Assembly: GCA_002269645.1 (NCBI GenBank)
Contig: NIVC01001486.1
Location: 186,001 to 250,000 of the forward strand
Source of the DNA: Macrostomum lignano
Lineage: Eukaryota
Length of the DNA: 64,000 bases
Direction: 5' to 3'
Below the pieces are notes generated by a model that worked only from the letters and a program-made list of their open reading frames with translations, was not told the DNA's origin and ran no database searches. The position numbers and the translations under genes were made by a program. Below are positions 33,366-62,861 of this stretch, piece by piece (the first letter of the stretch is position 1; the number at the start of each line of letters is the position of its first letter).

Positions 33366-33862
33366 ATGTTTTTGAATACCCTGACGCCCAAATTTTATGT
33401 GGCGTTGACGGGCACCTCTTCTCTTATCTCTGGCCTAATTTTGGTAAGCTGTCATTAGTTTCAATACAATGGGGATTAAACATTCAAATAGATTTGATAT
33501 TAATTCCCATAACTCAGAATTGGGTATCAGATATCCCAGGACTCGACCCAGATGGGAATCTATCTGGATTAAGAATCAGATATCCCAGGAATAAGTTTTT
33601 GCACTATTGATGCAAGTTAAACATTAGAAAAACCGCCAACACAATTGACAGATCTTCGAATGGTGGTACTTCAAAAAGTACGGCACGTCCTTCATTGAGC
33701 AGATCTCGCTGACTCATATCAGCCCGCTGCTGGGTGGAGCAGACGATGATGAGTCCATTGAGTATGGAGAGTCTGGCAACAACAACCAGAATAGCATTCA
33801 GGGTGAGTGTGGAATCCGCCTATCTATCTGTCTGTCTATCTATCTGTCTATCTGTCTATCTG

Positions 33863-33921
<59 letters not shown>

Positions 33922-33966
33922 GTCTTTCTATCTATCTATCTATCTATTTATTTATCTATATATCTG

Positions 33967-34013
<47 letters not shown>

Positions 34014-34088
34014 GCCTATCTATCTGTCTGTCTATCTATCTATCTATCTGTCTGTCTATCTATCTATCTGTCTTTCTATCTATCTATC

Positions 34089-34119
<31 letters not shown>

Positions 34120-34123
34120 CTAC

Positions 34124-34185
<62 letters not shown>

Positions 34186-34242
34186 GTCTGTCTATCTATC
34201 TATCTGTCTTTCTATCTGTCTGTCTATCTATCTGTCTATCTG

Positions 34243-34289
<47 letters not shown>

Positions 34290-34454
34290 GCCTATCTATC
34301 TGTCTGTCTATCTATCTATCTATCTATCTGCCTATCTATCTGTCTGTCTATCTATCTGTCTGTCTATCTATCTGTCTATCTGTCTATCTATCTATCTATC
34401 TATCTATCTGCCTATCTATCTGTCTGTCTATCTATCTGTCTGTCTATCTATCTG

Positions 34455-34505
<51 letters not shown>

Positions 34506-34510
34506 GTCTT

Positions 34511-34583
<73 letters not shown>

Positions 34584-37539
34584 TTAACTATCTATCTATC
34601 TATCTACCTATCTACCCGCAGCCCCACCCCAATCCGCAGAGTGCAAGGTATGGCGCAATCCCTACAGTTTATTCCGTGGTGCCGAATACCAGCGCTACAA
34701 AGAGGTGACCAACCTGGAGCCTCTCACCTATTACGATATGAATCTGTCGGCACAGGATCATCAAACATTCTTCATCTGCGAGGCAGACAATGGCAAGCCG
34801 GAGTATGAAAGTGAGTTACACTTTTGATTGATATTTATGGCCAATATATATCCTTGAGCGTCCATCTCAACACCTTGCAACTGCACTCCACACGACTGAC
34901 TCCCTTGACCCACTTCCGGGTGTCCCTTGACCCACTTCCGGCTCTCCCTTAACCCACTTCTGACTCTCCCTTGACCCACTTCCGACTCTCCCTTGACCCA
35001 CTTCCGGCTCTCCCTTAACCCACTTCCGAAGCTCCCTTGACCCAATTCCGACTCTCACTTGACCCACTTTCGACTCACTTGACCCACTTCCGACTCTCCC
35101 TTGACCCACTTCCGACTTTCACTTGACCCACTTCCAACTCTCCCTTGACCCACTTCCGACTCTCACTTGACCCACTTTCGACTCACTTGACCCACTTCCG
35201 ACTCTCCCTTGACCCACTTCCGACTCTTCCTTGACCCACTTCCAACTCTCCCTTGACCCACTTCCGACTTTCACTTGACCCACTTTCGACTCACTTGACC
35301 CACTTCCGGCTCTTCCTTGACCCACACCTGACTCTCTTGACCCACTTCCGAAGCTCCCTTGACCCACTTCCGACTCTTCCTTGACCCACTTCCGGCTCTT
35401 CCTTGACCCACACCCGACTCTCTTGACCCACTTCCGAAGCTCCCTTGACCCCAAGCTCCCGAACTCGCCCCCGCAGTCATGCAGCTGGCCTGGCGGGAGC
35501 GCAGTCCATCTGAGCGAATCAAAAAGGCCAAGGAGGCCCTGGAGAAGAACCCCGACTGCGCACCGGCCATGATACTCCTAGCTGAGGAGGAGTGCTCCAC
35601 CGTGCTCGAGGTTGAGAAGCTGTTGCGGCAGGCCTACAAATCAGCTGAGGCCTCGTTCCGGAGGTCGCAGCAGCAGCAGCACCACAGCGGCAACCACGAG
35701 TCCCTGCACAGACGCGACACCAACGTGTTTATCTACGTGCGCAGGCGCTTAGCCATGTGCGCTAGGAAGCTGGGCCGACTCAAGGAGGCAATCAAAATGA
35801 TGAAGGATCTTATCAAAGAGTATCCCAGCCTCAATTTGTTTAATATACACGAGAATCTTATTGAGTGCTATTTTGAAACTGAGCAGTACGCTGATGCTCA
35901 GGCATTTCTGGCGAAGTATGATGGTGAGTCCTGCTCATGTTCTTAATGTTAAACTGTGTCTATTTTATTCTTTTGGAATTATTCTCTTTCTGAATTTATC
36001 GGGTATAATTCCCCATCATTATAAATCATTCTGGTATAATTCCCCATTATTCTAAATCATTCGGGTATAATTCCCCATCATTCTAAATCTTTCGGGTATA
36101 ATTCCCCTTCATTCTAAATCTTTCGGGTATAATTCCCCATCATTCTAAATCTTTCGGGTATAATTCCCCATCGTTCTAAATCTTTCGGGTATAATTCCCC
36201 ATCGTTCTAAATCATTCGGGTATAATTCCCCATCGTTTTAAATCATTCGGGTATAATTCCCCATCGTTCTAAATCTTTCGGGTATAATTCCCCATCGTTT
36301 TAAATCTTTCGGGTATAATTCCCCATCGTTCTGAATCATAATTCCCCCATTCTAAATCTTCCAGGTATAATTATCCTATTCTAAATCCCTCAGGTATAGC
36401 TACCCCATTCTAAATCCCTCAGATATAGTTCCCCCATTCTAAATCCCTTAGGTATAATCCCCCCATTCTAAATCCTCCAAGTATAATTCCCCCATTCTAA
36501 TTCTGTCTGTTATAGTTGCCCATCATTCTAAATCTTTCGGGTATAATTCCCCATCGTTCTGAATCATAATTCCCCCATTCTAAATCTTCCAGGTATAATT
36601 ATCCTATTCTAAATCCCTCAGGTATAATTCCCCCATTCTAAATCCTCAGGTATAGCTACCCCATTCTAAATCCCTTAGGTATAATCCCCCCATTCTAAAT
36701 CCTCCAAGTATAATTCCCCCATTCTAATTTTGTCTGTTTTAATTGCCCATCATTCTAAATCATTGAGGTATAATTCCCCATCGTTCTAAATCATTCGGGT
36801 ATAATTCCCCATCGTTCTAAATCATAATTCCCCCATTCTAATTCTGTCGGGTAAAATTTCCCCGTTCTAATTCTGTCGGGTAAAATTTCCCCGTTCTAAT
36901 TCTGTCGGGTATAATTCCCCATCATAAATCCTCTAGGAATAATTTTCCCATTCTAAATCCCTGAGGTATTATTCTTTCAGTCTAAAATCCCTTCTTTAGT
37001 ATTATTATCTCTATTCTAAAACTGTTCAAAAGGGATTATCCTGATTTCTCAATACTAACTCAATGAATGCAAGGTATTTGGCTTGCCCTCTGAATGCATG
37101 CAGTTTACACGCCTAGCTAAGCGCATGGCAACCCGGCCCCATTGCAGACATCACATATCCCAAATCGGCAACCATTTGCTACACGGCGGCTCTACTCAAG
37201 GCTAGATTTGTGGCAGACAAGTGAGTGGCCTGAGTTTTTCTCTCTGTAGTAACTCTGCTCTGTGTCTGCTCTATGCACGATTCCCTTTGTTATATTGTGC
37301 ACGGTATTGAGGCTTGGCCGTCCATCAGTCGCTTTGAAATAATTAAAATGATTGTTTTTGTGTGGATGGATAAGTTTGAAAATTAAATATTATCGTGTAA
37401 TCTGTTTTGAGGCGGGTTCCAGCAGTCTGTTGATCAGTTAATCATATTATATGACTTGTGTGGCTGTTGGACAGACAGACAGCCAGCCAGACAAACAACA
37501 GACAGACAGACAGACAGACAGACAGATAGGCAGACACTA

Positions 37540-37637
<98 letters not shown>

Positions 37638-39042
37638 GCACAAAGCCGCGGTCAGTCACCAGCTCCTCAATTTGCAATCGCAGGTTCTCCCCGGACGCGG
37701 CGTCCAAGAAGGGCCTGAGTTCGGCAGAGATGGCCGCAGTTGAGGCTGTCCACCGAGCTGTCGAGTTCAACCCACACGTCCCCAAATACCTGCTAGAGAT
37801 GAAGCCTTTGATCTTGCCGCCCGAGCACATTCTGAAGCGCGGCGACTCGGAGGCCATCTCGTACGCATTCAACCACCTGCGGCACTGGAAACGGGTTGAC
37901 GGCGCACTGCAGCTGCTGCACAGCACCTGGGAGGGCACATTCCGCCTGATCCCCTACCCGCTGGAGAAGGGCAACCTGTTCTATCCCTACCCGCTGTGCA
38001 CCGAGGCGGCGGATAGAGAGCTCCTGCCCAGCCAGCACGATCTGTCAGTGTTTCCCAAGAAGGAGCTGCCATTCTTCATCCTGTTTATAGCCGTGCTGTG
38101 CACCGTGACCGCCCTGCTGGCCCTGCTCACTCATCAGTACCCTGAGCACATGGGCTGGGTGTCTCGGCAGGTAAGAGTTCTTGAGGTTTTATTGCATCTT
38201 TGATTTTGCGCTCTCGATGCTTTTTTGAAATTTCAAGCTTTAAAGTATCGTATCGCAGAAATCTCCATTCTGAGGGAATCCCCATAATGAAAGAATCCCA
38301 TAATAAGGGATTATGCCCACAATGATGGAATCCCCATACCCATAATTAGCGAATTCCCCATAATTAGCGAATTCCCCATAATAAGGGAATCTCCCATAAT
38401 AAGGGAATCCCCCATAATAAGGGAATCCCCCATAATAAGCGAATCCCCCATAATAAAGAAATCCCCCAAAATAAGTTAATCCCCATAATAATGGAATCCC
38501 CCATAATAAGGGAATCCCTCATAAGAAAGGGAATCCCCATAATAAGGGAATCCCCCATAAGAAAGGGAATCCCCCATAATAAGGAAATCCCCCATGAGAA
38601 AGGGAATCCCCCATAATAAGGAAATCCCCCAGAATGAGAAATCCCCATAATAGGGGAATCCCATAATGAGGGAATATGCCCAAAATGATGGAATCCCCAT
38701 ACCCATAATTAGGTAATCCCACATAATAAGGGAATCCTCATAATTAGGAAATCCCACTTAATACAGGATTTCTTATTATGAAAGAATCTCAATGAAAAGA
38801 ATCCCCCATGTAGCAGTGCTTTAATGAAGTGCATTTACGAGATCCATAACCTTTAAAAACCCAAAAAAGTTATCCAAAAAGCTAAAAGTCGAAACAGCAG
38901 TTACTTAAAAATTAGCGAAGCACATTTTTATCTCCAAAAATACCCGCAGGCCATCAGTTGGGTCTCGGCTCCGCTGGGCTACATACTGGACAAGCTGGAG
39001 GGCCTGTTGCCAGTGATGTCGCCTCTGTCAGTGAAGCTGTGA
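33366..39042 (+). CDS. ST7: Suppression of tumorigenicity 7 protein homolog, about 499 aa from ATG 33366
   Basis: Exons 33363-33443, 33652-33802, 34640-34810, 35477-35923, 37148-37220, 37684-38170, 38950-39042; phases consistent. Hallmarks [68 protein letters not shown]. Confidence 0.95.
33820..34612. repeat. (TCTA)n microsatellite, about 0.8 kb
   Basis: Fills the ST7 intron between 33802 and 34640. Confidence 0.97.
34895..35455. repeat. 22-bp minisatellite TTGACCCACTTCCGACTCTCCC
   Basis: ST7 intron; runs up to the acceptor. Confidence 0.95.
35995..36960. repeat. About 31-bp minisatellite GGGTATAATTCCCCATCGTTCTAAATCTTTC
   Basis: ST7 intron. Confidence 0.93.
37470..37637. repeat. (GACA)n microsatellite
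   Basis: Direct observation. Confidence 0.95.
38270..38810. repeat. 18-bp minisatellite CCCCCATAATAAGGGAAT
   Basis: Last ST7 intron. Confidence 0.92.
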
Positions 39043-39904
39043 GCGGATAGTCTGAGTGCTTAGCAGCTAACTTTGATGATGAACCTCTGGCTGAAGGCCT
39101 GGCTCTACTGAATTTTATTAAGCTATTTCACTTTTTCTGGCAATTAGCAGCTTAATTATTATTTTGTGTAGTTGTTCCCCTGCACTATTTCTTGTTATTT
39201 CTGTTCACATGGCAACCGCAGCCCTGTTAGCCACCTACTGTATAATTTTATTGTTGGATCATTGAGCAAATTATTTATATATACATCGGCAGTAGCCCAG
39301 TTTTAGTGTTCGTCTAGTCGAATTTAAAGCATTTTTTCGTTTCTAATTAAGATAATAATGCACAAAATTTAAATATAATCTACTGTCAATTAATTAAGTT
39401 TCCTAATTTTGCTACTCAAAGTAGAAATATAAGCAAATTGCTGATACATTTTGCGGTAGCTTTAAAAATGTATTGGGACTAATTAAGAGATTTGAAATTA
39501 CTATCTATCGCTAATTGTGTTAGCTTCTAGAGCCGGTATTCCCTTCCAGCCTCCGGAATCCCTCATCTTTGCTGCTTTTATTCGGAAATTATAATCCACC
39601 GCTGGACTTCATAAATTACCGTGAATGGCCTACAAACCATGTGCAATTGAATTCTCTTTAGAGCAGTGTTTTTCCTCCATCTTTATTTCTCTATTGTCTG
39701 TCCGCATCACAATCTGGTATTTGGAATGTTTGTCACCGTTGTCTGCTTCATACTTGTGTACTAAGGCTATTTCCTCTCAAATAATGTTTTTCACACAGTT
39801 TACTAATCAGACGGCGGTTTCCTTGCAGGTGGATTGTCAGAGATTAATTAACACAACAAGGACAACTAAAGGACACTCACGTTTCATGGAAAAAAATATT
39901 GAAG

Positions 39905-40215
39905 GCCGCTTTTTGCCGAAAAATACACTACGGAGATAGGAAGTTTTCGCACATTTCCTTTGCCTAAAAAACATATTAAAATGACACGGCTCAGCTCAAT
40001 GGTTTAATGAATCCAAAACTTTGAAAAACCAAAATTAACATAGAATCTTAATTTTGTGAACGAAAAGCTTTTTAAATATCAATAGAGCTATATAAGAAAG
40101 GCACAGCATATCATAATATGAACATTGGGTCTGCCTCCTATTGAAAGCAAAAAAACATTTTTTTGTTGAAAAAATGAAACCTTCCGATCTCCGTAGTGTA
40201 TTTTTGGACGAAAAG
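39905..40215. repeat. Inverted pair of GAAAAATACACTACGGAGAT motifs; same family as 6335-6580
   Basis: The + copy at about 39918 and the - copy at about 40190 face each other. Confidence 0.65.
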
Positions 40216-43200
40216 TCGACTAGAGAGTGTACACGCCTGACGATTAGAAAGACGGCCGATGTACACACTGTATGAGCGCGTGGGGAGTAGTCATCGAAGG
40301 CGTTGCCTTTTGAAAGTTTGAAAGCTTCTATAGCCATGGCTTTATCTAATGCAATGTGACGTTCTGGGCTCTACTGGCTCTTTGTTTCTCAGTTTCTTTA
40401 TTATTATAAATGTCGTTTTCTTTTGCTGTTGTAGCTATCCGTTGTCTTCTACGTTCTTGGCTTTTCCTGCTGGTTTTGTTTAGTTTTAATATAATGCTAG
40501 TTTGAGATCTTTTCGGCTATCTCTAGCTGCTTGCAGACCGCCGTCTCTGTCTTTGTTTTGGCTAATTTATTTTGCAGAAAATCTCAACACAGATTTTATC
40601 AAGAGTTGTCTAAGCTTATTGTTTGCCCTGTCGCCGCGTCTCCTCAGCTCCCAGTGCAGTCGATTAATTTAAATTTTCTTAATTAGGTTTGTATGAATGA
40701 CTTTTGACTCTATCATTGCAAGTTTGTTGACGCCTGAAAGAAACTAATAAAGGCAATATAAATCTGACCTTTTTCTGACCGTGTTCACGCTTTCTTTAAC
40801 AGCTGTTTTTTGCCCGAGTTTTGTTGTTTTCGTATTTTGTTTCAATGAACCGTAAAGTTGATTATGAATTGATAATGAGTTTTTGGTTGCGTTCCCACCC
40901 TAGTAATGGTTAGCTGCCGTTTGAATTGAATGCCAGTTCGAATAACTTGTCTGCTATTTTATCCTATTTATTTGGGTCTCATCAATCAAGCTCGAGAGGA
41001 TGAATTCTTTGTTGTTAATTAAAAAATACACAAATTAGGACAAGAGCCAGGCGATATCAGTCATGAAATTGTTCTCGCAATGTTTGTATAACTTTTAATT
41101 GGCTGTTTGTGCAACTATATCAAACATTGACGGTCTGCTATTGTCTTCTTTCTACTGGATAACTTTTTTATTACTGATTTGCAAACTGCACTAACTAGCT
41201 TTTTGTGGCATCCTCCTACACTGTAGGCTAGACGTGACAAATTTTAAACTAGCTAGCGCTGGTTAAATTAAAAAGCCTGAAACCTGAAGTCTGGATTTTT
41301 TATGAAACTACGTCTACGTCTAGCCAACGCTTGAACATCTTGCCGTCCTTAAGCTTTTTAATTCCAGCCATGGTCATTGAGCGGCAGTTGGACAAGCCTT
41401 CAAATAGCTGATATCCACGAATTAAAATGTCGAACCGAATCCCATCAACGACATACATGTATTTGGCGTAGCTCTAATTGTTTTGGCAGTCGACTTTGTC
41501 AGCCGACTTTGGTCTGCTCGTAGCCTCAGCAATGGCTATTCCCTTTTTTATCCTTTCTTTCCTTGGGCTTTTGCGCCTCACATCCCTTCCCTTCCGAAGT
41601 TCCGAGGGCCTGTACCGAATAAAGGCCTTCAACACCATAGACAGCTTCCCAGCTGCAAATAAAAGCGTAGCTACAGAATCACATGTAACTTGCACTTTTA
41701 CAAAGTATAAGCAAATAGCGGAGCTTGTCAATAACACGCTCGTAAATTACTTTTTTATCCTTAAATTTGTAAACTTCAAGTTACTAATTTTTGACGTTGG
41801 TCGCCGTTTAAAGTGATGAAAGTTATAATAAACGAACTTTAACATGCAGAGTAATCAATTTAAAGGCTGTTATAGTCAAGTGGCATATCATTTGGCCCGG
41901 TGAGGAGGAAATTAAACCTAATAATATTAGGTTATGTAAACTGAACAAATTGAATATTGTGTGACAGTGTGATTCGTAGAAGCGTGTATCGTATTTCTTT
42001 ATTTTCAGATGCATACCGTACTACTGCTGTATTCTTTCATTTATTTTAACAATATTCGTACGTATTATTATCGCGCTATTTTTACTGTTAATTGCTTTGT
42101 TTTTGTAGCCTCGTATATATTTATTCTATTATTTGTATTTCATTCATATCGTTATTATTTGTCGTAAAGTAGTTCTACTTATGTACATGTACTGACATAT
42201 GTTATTCTTGCATGATATATTTATCGATTAATTTGTACATGTACATTGCGCGCCGCGTGGGGGGTTGTTTGTCTGGGTTTTGGATTAAGGGTGTTGTTAT
42301 TATCTGTTTACCTTTAAATATATGCTTACACTACAGTCGGCAGCCACTCTCGCCCTTCCCCTTGCTTCGCTTCTCGACCTAGGCTCGCTAACCCTTAGCT
42401 GTGACGCTGTCTGGCCTCCTTACACCAACTCTTCCGCCGTCTACCTTGGCACACCAATTAGTTAATTAACTGATCCAGCAAATTTAAGTAGCACTAGCAA
42501 AAGTCTAAGGGTTGAAGCGGCTTGCCGATCTGCTAACTAATCGTGAACTATCTAAATTAACCGCTACACAAATCCGTCTTATTCGCCTTATTCGTCACAA
42601 TTGTCTAGTATAGGAGAATCATTTCAAAGTTATAATTAAACCGGTGTTGCCTTGTATTCATTTTTATAACAAACAGTAAAACTTAAAAAAATCAGCACAA
42701 TAGCAATAAAAAATGTTTCCAAGTAGTTTTTTAGATATTAGGTTTATTATGCAAAAAATATTTTCATATAACACGAAATATAATATAAATGTTAATATAA
42801 ATAAAGCATCAAATTTAAAATCATCTATGCCCCAAAAGCTCTAAAGTTACGTATATATAGCTGGAGCCTGTGCGAAGATTCTTTAAAAGCGCCAGCAGCC
42901 TCGCCTCCATCCCCATCAGGCAAGGAGCACTAAAATTAAGAATTGCGTCGCCGTGCTGGCTTTTTAATCTACCTGCATTAAAAGGCCCATAAATTTTGGC
43001 TGCGTTTGTGAAAGTCGATGTACCGTGAATATAAAAACAGACCAGCTGGGCCTAATCTTGACATTGACAATACTTCAAATATAAGGTAGGGCTTCAGATA
43101 CTAAATAGGCCTACATAATAGAGATAATATTTACCTACCTTCAAAGTTCACACAATGCCAGATTTTAAATTCATTACTTATATAGTTTGTTTACTAGATT

Positions 43201-43970
43201 ATAAACAAACTGATAGGCCTACTGTGATAAGATGTGTGAGTTTTATCTACCATAATATATGAGTATACTATATACACATATGTTACTAAGTTGCAACTTA
43301 GGCTACGCCGCTACTAAGCCTAAAGTCGCCTAACCTTAGCCAGTTAGCCCATTGCTTCATATTCCTAAGACCTAAGTAGACTCTGGACTTGGAGTAGACA
43401 CCATGTATAATTGCATGGCTATCTATCCTGCAGAATTGTTCATTAAATTCATTGTCTGCATTTTTTAGCTATTGACATGAAAGTTTCCAAAAATGAATGT
43501 TCTCATTAGGCCCTATGCCATTATGCCAACATTATGCCAACAAAGTGTTTAGAACCATATTTGTTAGTTCAAGGGCTGCGCAAACCTTTTGAAGTGGCGC
43601 AATCTATGTTAGGGCAGAAGGTCGTCCACCAGCCATTTTTAAGTGGAAAGCACTTTTTTTGCAATATTTGCAGCCTTTGAAAATTGCAAGATTCTTGGGA
43701 TCAGGACATCCTATCCTAGACTTTGCCAATCCTAAGATCCCACTAAATTAGGCTAGGATTCCAAGATTGAAAATAGAGTCCAACCAAGATCAGATTTTTT
43801 TCAATTAAAATTGAGTAAGAACTTTATGAAAAAATAAATATTGAGAATAAGTCAATTAAAAATTAGAGATCTAGCTGCAAAGCCTGCAATTGTGAATTTG
43901 AATAGCATTGTAAGATTAGTAGTAGGCCTAGTTAGTAGTACATATGATAAGTTATAAATTTAGCCTATAA

Positions 43971-44561
43971 CCATAGTCAGGATCATGTCATGGTATATGC
44001 CAGAATAAAAAGTCCCCTAAAAAATCTATGCCACTTCATACTGAAATGTACGCCAAGGTGCTAGGAACTTATGCCAGGTTTTCTAGACTTTGATCTTATG
44101 ACCTTTTTGCGTGTTACACATTTTTGCCTACTTTATAATTATAATTATTTAACAAATGTGTGGTTTTCATTTAAAGTAAATTGGCTTAGAGATAATGCCA
44201 ACAAAAATCAATTTTTTGTTTAAGTTTTTTTATAAAATTATACGATTAGTTTGCGTGGAATTTTACATTTTTATAAATCACAAATAATTATGAACTTTCA
44301 TCTTACAAGTTTTATGGTTTTTATGCTTTTATAATAAGATTCTGAGGTTATGGCGTTATGCCAACAATTGTTAATATTAACTTTGGCGTAAAGGTTGGAG
44401 TTGGTATACGCTGCTTGGCATATTTACGCCACGGCATCACGCCAAAAGGTACACCAAATATATTTTGCCTCATTTTTTACACCAATTCTACGCCAAAAAA
44501 ATTAAAATTTTCAATTGTATGCCAGAAATTTCCAGCATAATATACATCATCCTGACTATGG
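43971..44561. mobile_element. hAT-like MITE, 591 bp
   Basis: Perfect 13-bp TIR CCATAGTCAGGAT and perfect 8-bp TSD GCCTATAA; internal TATGCCA/TACGCCA subrepeats. Confidence 0.85.
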
Positions 44562-47253
44562 GCCTATAATAAAAGTATAAATTTCTTTGTCATCTTATAT
44601 TATATTTTAATTATACTCAGCAGTCACAATCTCTGTTGCTCTAGGCCTAGTAGTAGTAGCCTCTGGTTCTTAGTAGCTCAAGTCCTATAAGAAGCATTGG
44701 CCTTAAACTAGGCCTAGCAAGGCACTAAGGCCAAGTGCTGGCAGAGTCTCAATATTGTTAACTACGAGTATATCTAATAGCCATATTATGAGAAAAATAC
44801 TTTGAAAATCTAGCCAAAAAAGTCCAATGGTATTAAGCTAGCTATTGGCTAGGCCTATCTAGCCAAGCTATTATCCTAGCTCAACCTGCTTAGGCTAGGC
44901 CTATACTTAGACTATTGGAACCTGATTCTTAGTGCTAGTAGGGTAAAGGTCTAGTTTCCTATGCATAGGCCTAAAATATGCTAGTGGCTAGCAGCAACTA
45001 TTTTATAGTTACATTTAATTTAGGCATGTTCAAAGCCAAAGCCTCTTGTCTAGAGCTCAAAGCTATATTGCCAAGGACCTGTAGGCTATGCTACTGTTTG
45101 TGTAAATTGGCTTGTTGGCTCTGTTAGTTGATTAGGCTAAGGATATTATCAATACAGTGTTGCATCTTCATAATATTTTTATACTTTTTGTATTGAATTC
45201 AATCTTGCTCAACTGATTCTTGAATTCTAAGCCTAAAGTCTCAAAATTTCAAGCTTGAAATTGAGATCTTAGTTAGACTTCAATTTCAATTTCAATTTCA
45301 AGCTTGAAATTGAAAAGATTATCTAGTTTTTGTTAGTTTAATTTTGGTTTAAAAAGCCATCTAACCTAATTTTAAATGGGTTTTTAATAATACAAATAGA
45401 ATAGAATAAAATATTTTGCTAGGCCTAATAAAAAACTGACAGTTGGCTTTGAATTGAAGTGTGATATATAGGCTAGTAGCATAATAGATATGTTTTCTTT
45501 ATATATTTATATCAGCTCATGAAAATTATACTTGATTATGATATAACCTAGGGAATGATAGCTTATAGAGCTATGGCCTGAGGTACTGATGATACTAAGG
45601 TAGAAAAGGATTAGACATCAACCTCTCAAAGGGCACCTACCCTTAGATAGAGAATTGGTAGCTTTGGTTACAGTCTAATAGCAAGGTCCAAATGTTCTAA
45701 TCCCAAATACAGCCAATGAGTTTTGTAGGTAGGGACTGCTTAAAGTAGTTCTGTATAAATCTTTTATTATCTGCTAACAGCTTCTGTTTTATATCATTGC
45801 AACCCTATAGCCTTCTACATACTTAAAATATTACAAAATCAAAATAGGACAACCCTATCATTATTTTCATTTGATGAGTATCTCAGCTATAGATACTACT
45901 AGGCCTACTGAGAAAAATGATTAAATTATTACAAATTAGGATTGGGATCCCAATGGTCCATTCTGGGATTTTTCAAATCCACGACAATTGTGATAATAAG
46001 ATTTATAATCCTAGGATTTAGGCCTTGTCTTATAATTCTAGGATCCTAAGATTGTATTCTATAATCCACACTATATGCACCAAATTACAAATAGACCAGG
46101 GACTAAGGTGAGACTAGAACCAATTGATCAACAAAGCTATAGTAGCAGGCAAACTGGCTATGTGATAGGTCAGTTGGGACCAAGGCAAGGAATAATTATT
46201 TAGTCAATTATATATAAATTGTATAGTAAGACCTATCAATACAACAATAGGGAACTATTCTATAGAATATTTTGGTAAATTATTTTTTCATTGTTTAAAT
46301 GATTTTTTGGCTTCTAACATTTGAGCATTAGAATCCAAAGAATCCAAAAAGCTTCTAACAAACGTTAAGGCATTAGAACATAGCAATGATATTGTTCTAT
46401 AGCAACTATCTAGTCTAATAGTATTAGTCATGGCTATTTGTTGGCCTAACCCATTGGTTTATATGCACCTTACTAAAAAGCTTATATTTTGTTACTTTAA
46501 AAGCTAAATTTTGCCACTGGGTATAAGTTACATAGTCTTGACCATTGAAATAGCATGGAATTTAAATAAGTATAAGCAAGCTATCTGCATTAGATGACTT
46601 ATATGATCATAATTCATAGGTTACCATAGACAATTGCATGCCATATATAACTTATAAGTACTAAGTTATTGTGCCTCGATGTGTTAATGACATATATGTT
46701 AAATTTAAAAGCAGCAATTGAATATATATGTAGTACATTATACAATTTTAGATTGTTTAGTATGTTGCAGAATTAAACAATAGCCAAAACCAATAGCAAT
46801 TTCTTTTAAACATATAATTACATATTGCTTAGAGCAACAAAGTTGTTTAAATGCATTAATTTTTACAAGTATTTAGTAGGCATTTTTGACTTCCAAAATG
46901 CTAAAAATTACCTAAACAATGAAAAAAGTTTTTTTGACACAATGTTTTTCTTTCTAGAAAATTTGCCCTATGCTATGTGATGGCAAGTCATGGGAGCCTT
47001 ACTGAAGTCTCTGTTTAAGTCATGTGGTTTGGCTTAATAAATGTTAATTGTTGCAATTAGAGTTATAGCCCAGGCAAGGTATAAAAATTCCTATGTTATA
47101 TGATACAATAGTATTGTTAATGTCATGTTAAAGATTTTATTAAACATGATAATTTGTATAACTTTTTTAGCATACAGTAAGAGAAAATATTTCTTACATT
47201 TCATAGCAACAGAACGTGCAAGTTGTTAATCATTGTCAATCCTTAGATTCTAG

Positions 47254-62153
<14,900 letters not shown>

Positions 62154-62782
62154 CTTGGAACAGGCGGCATTTTTGCACTGGCGCTGCTCGCAAATTAACT
62201 GCTCAAATCTTCTTTGAGCTGCTTGTTTGTTGAGTAGCGCCTTGCGCCTGTTCCAAGTTTTCTAATGACTCTGTCCTCCACCTCTCTGTCTCCAAGATCC
62301 TTGTTTCCTGTAGAGTCACCCAGTATGCCTTGATTGTTGAATTAATTTTTATCATTCCCTCCTAAAGAATTAGTCTTTAAAAATAACGGTGGGTGATCAG
62401 AATAAATGGGACTAAATCTGAATTGAAGAATATCCCAAATTTGGAGAGCAACTCTCAACTATCATTGAAGTCATTTGTTGTGTTTCTTTCACAAAAAGGC
62501 CAGTTTTTTACACATGGATGCAAACTTTTCCCATGTTATTTGATCACCCATCCACGTCAGCAAAATAATTGACTGTCAGTATATTTGGTTCTTCAGTTTC
62601 GGTACATGAGATGACCTATATATTATTCCGCATGTGAATTTAAAAATCGCTCAGTTCGGTGAATCAGTGATTTATATATTTTGTATTTTATATGCGCCTA
62701 CATAGATGGCTCAATATGCTCCCGGTTATTAACAACCCTGCCGTCTCCCTCTCACTCCTGTCCTCTGCTCTCAACTGAGTAT

Positions 62783-62861
62783 CCTCGAGCTCATGACCGA
62801 TCGGCCGATAAAAAGTGTCTTCACACTGGGGCTTCGATCGCGACAAACTGCTCATTCGAGG
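62783..62861 (+). promoter_or_regulatory. Candidate type-2 SECIS element in the TGR 3' UTR
   Basis: ATGA core at 62793; helix CGATCGG/TCGATCG; unpaired AAAA; apical mini-stem AGTGT-CTTC-ACACT; 3' CGAC; lower helix CCTCGA/TCGAGG. Folded by eye. Confidence 0.6.

Noticed and set aside
33734-34808. 324-aa and 333-aa LSIY ORFs
   Set aside because: (TCTA)n microsatellite inside an ST7 intron.
41280-41740. Minus-strand coding-like remnant (AKYMYVVDGIRFDILIRGYQLFEG...)
   Set aside because: Interrupted by stops with no recognisable motif; possibly an old transposon but unassignable without a search.
45245-45315. Twice-repeated palindrome AATTTCAAGCTTGAAATT
   Set aside because: Short, AT-rich, with no associated structure or further copies seen.
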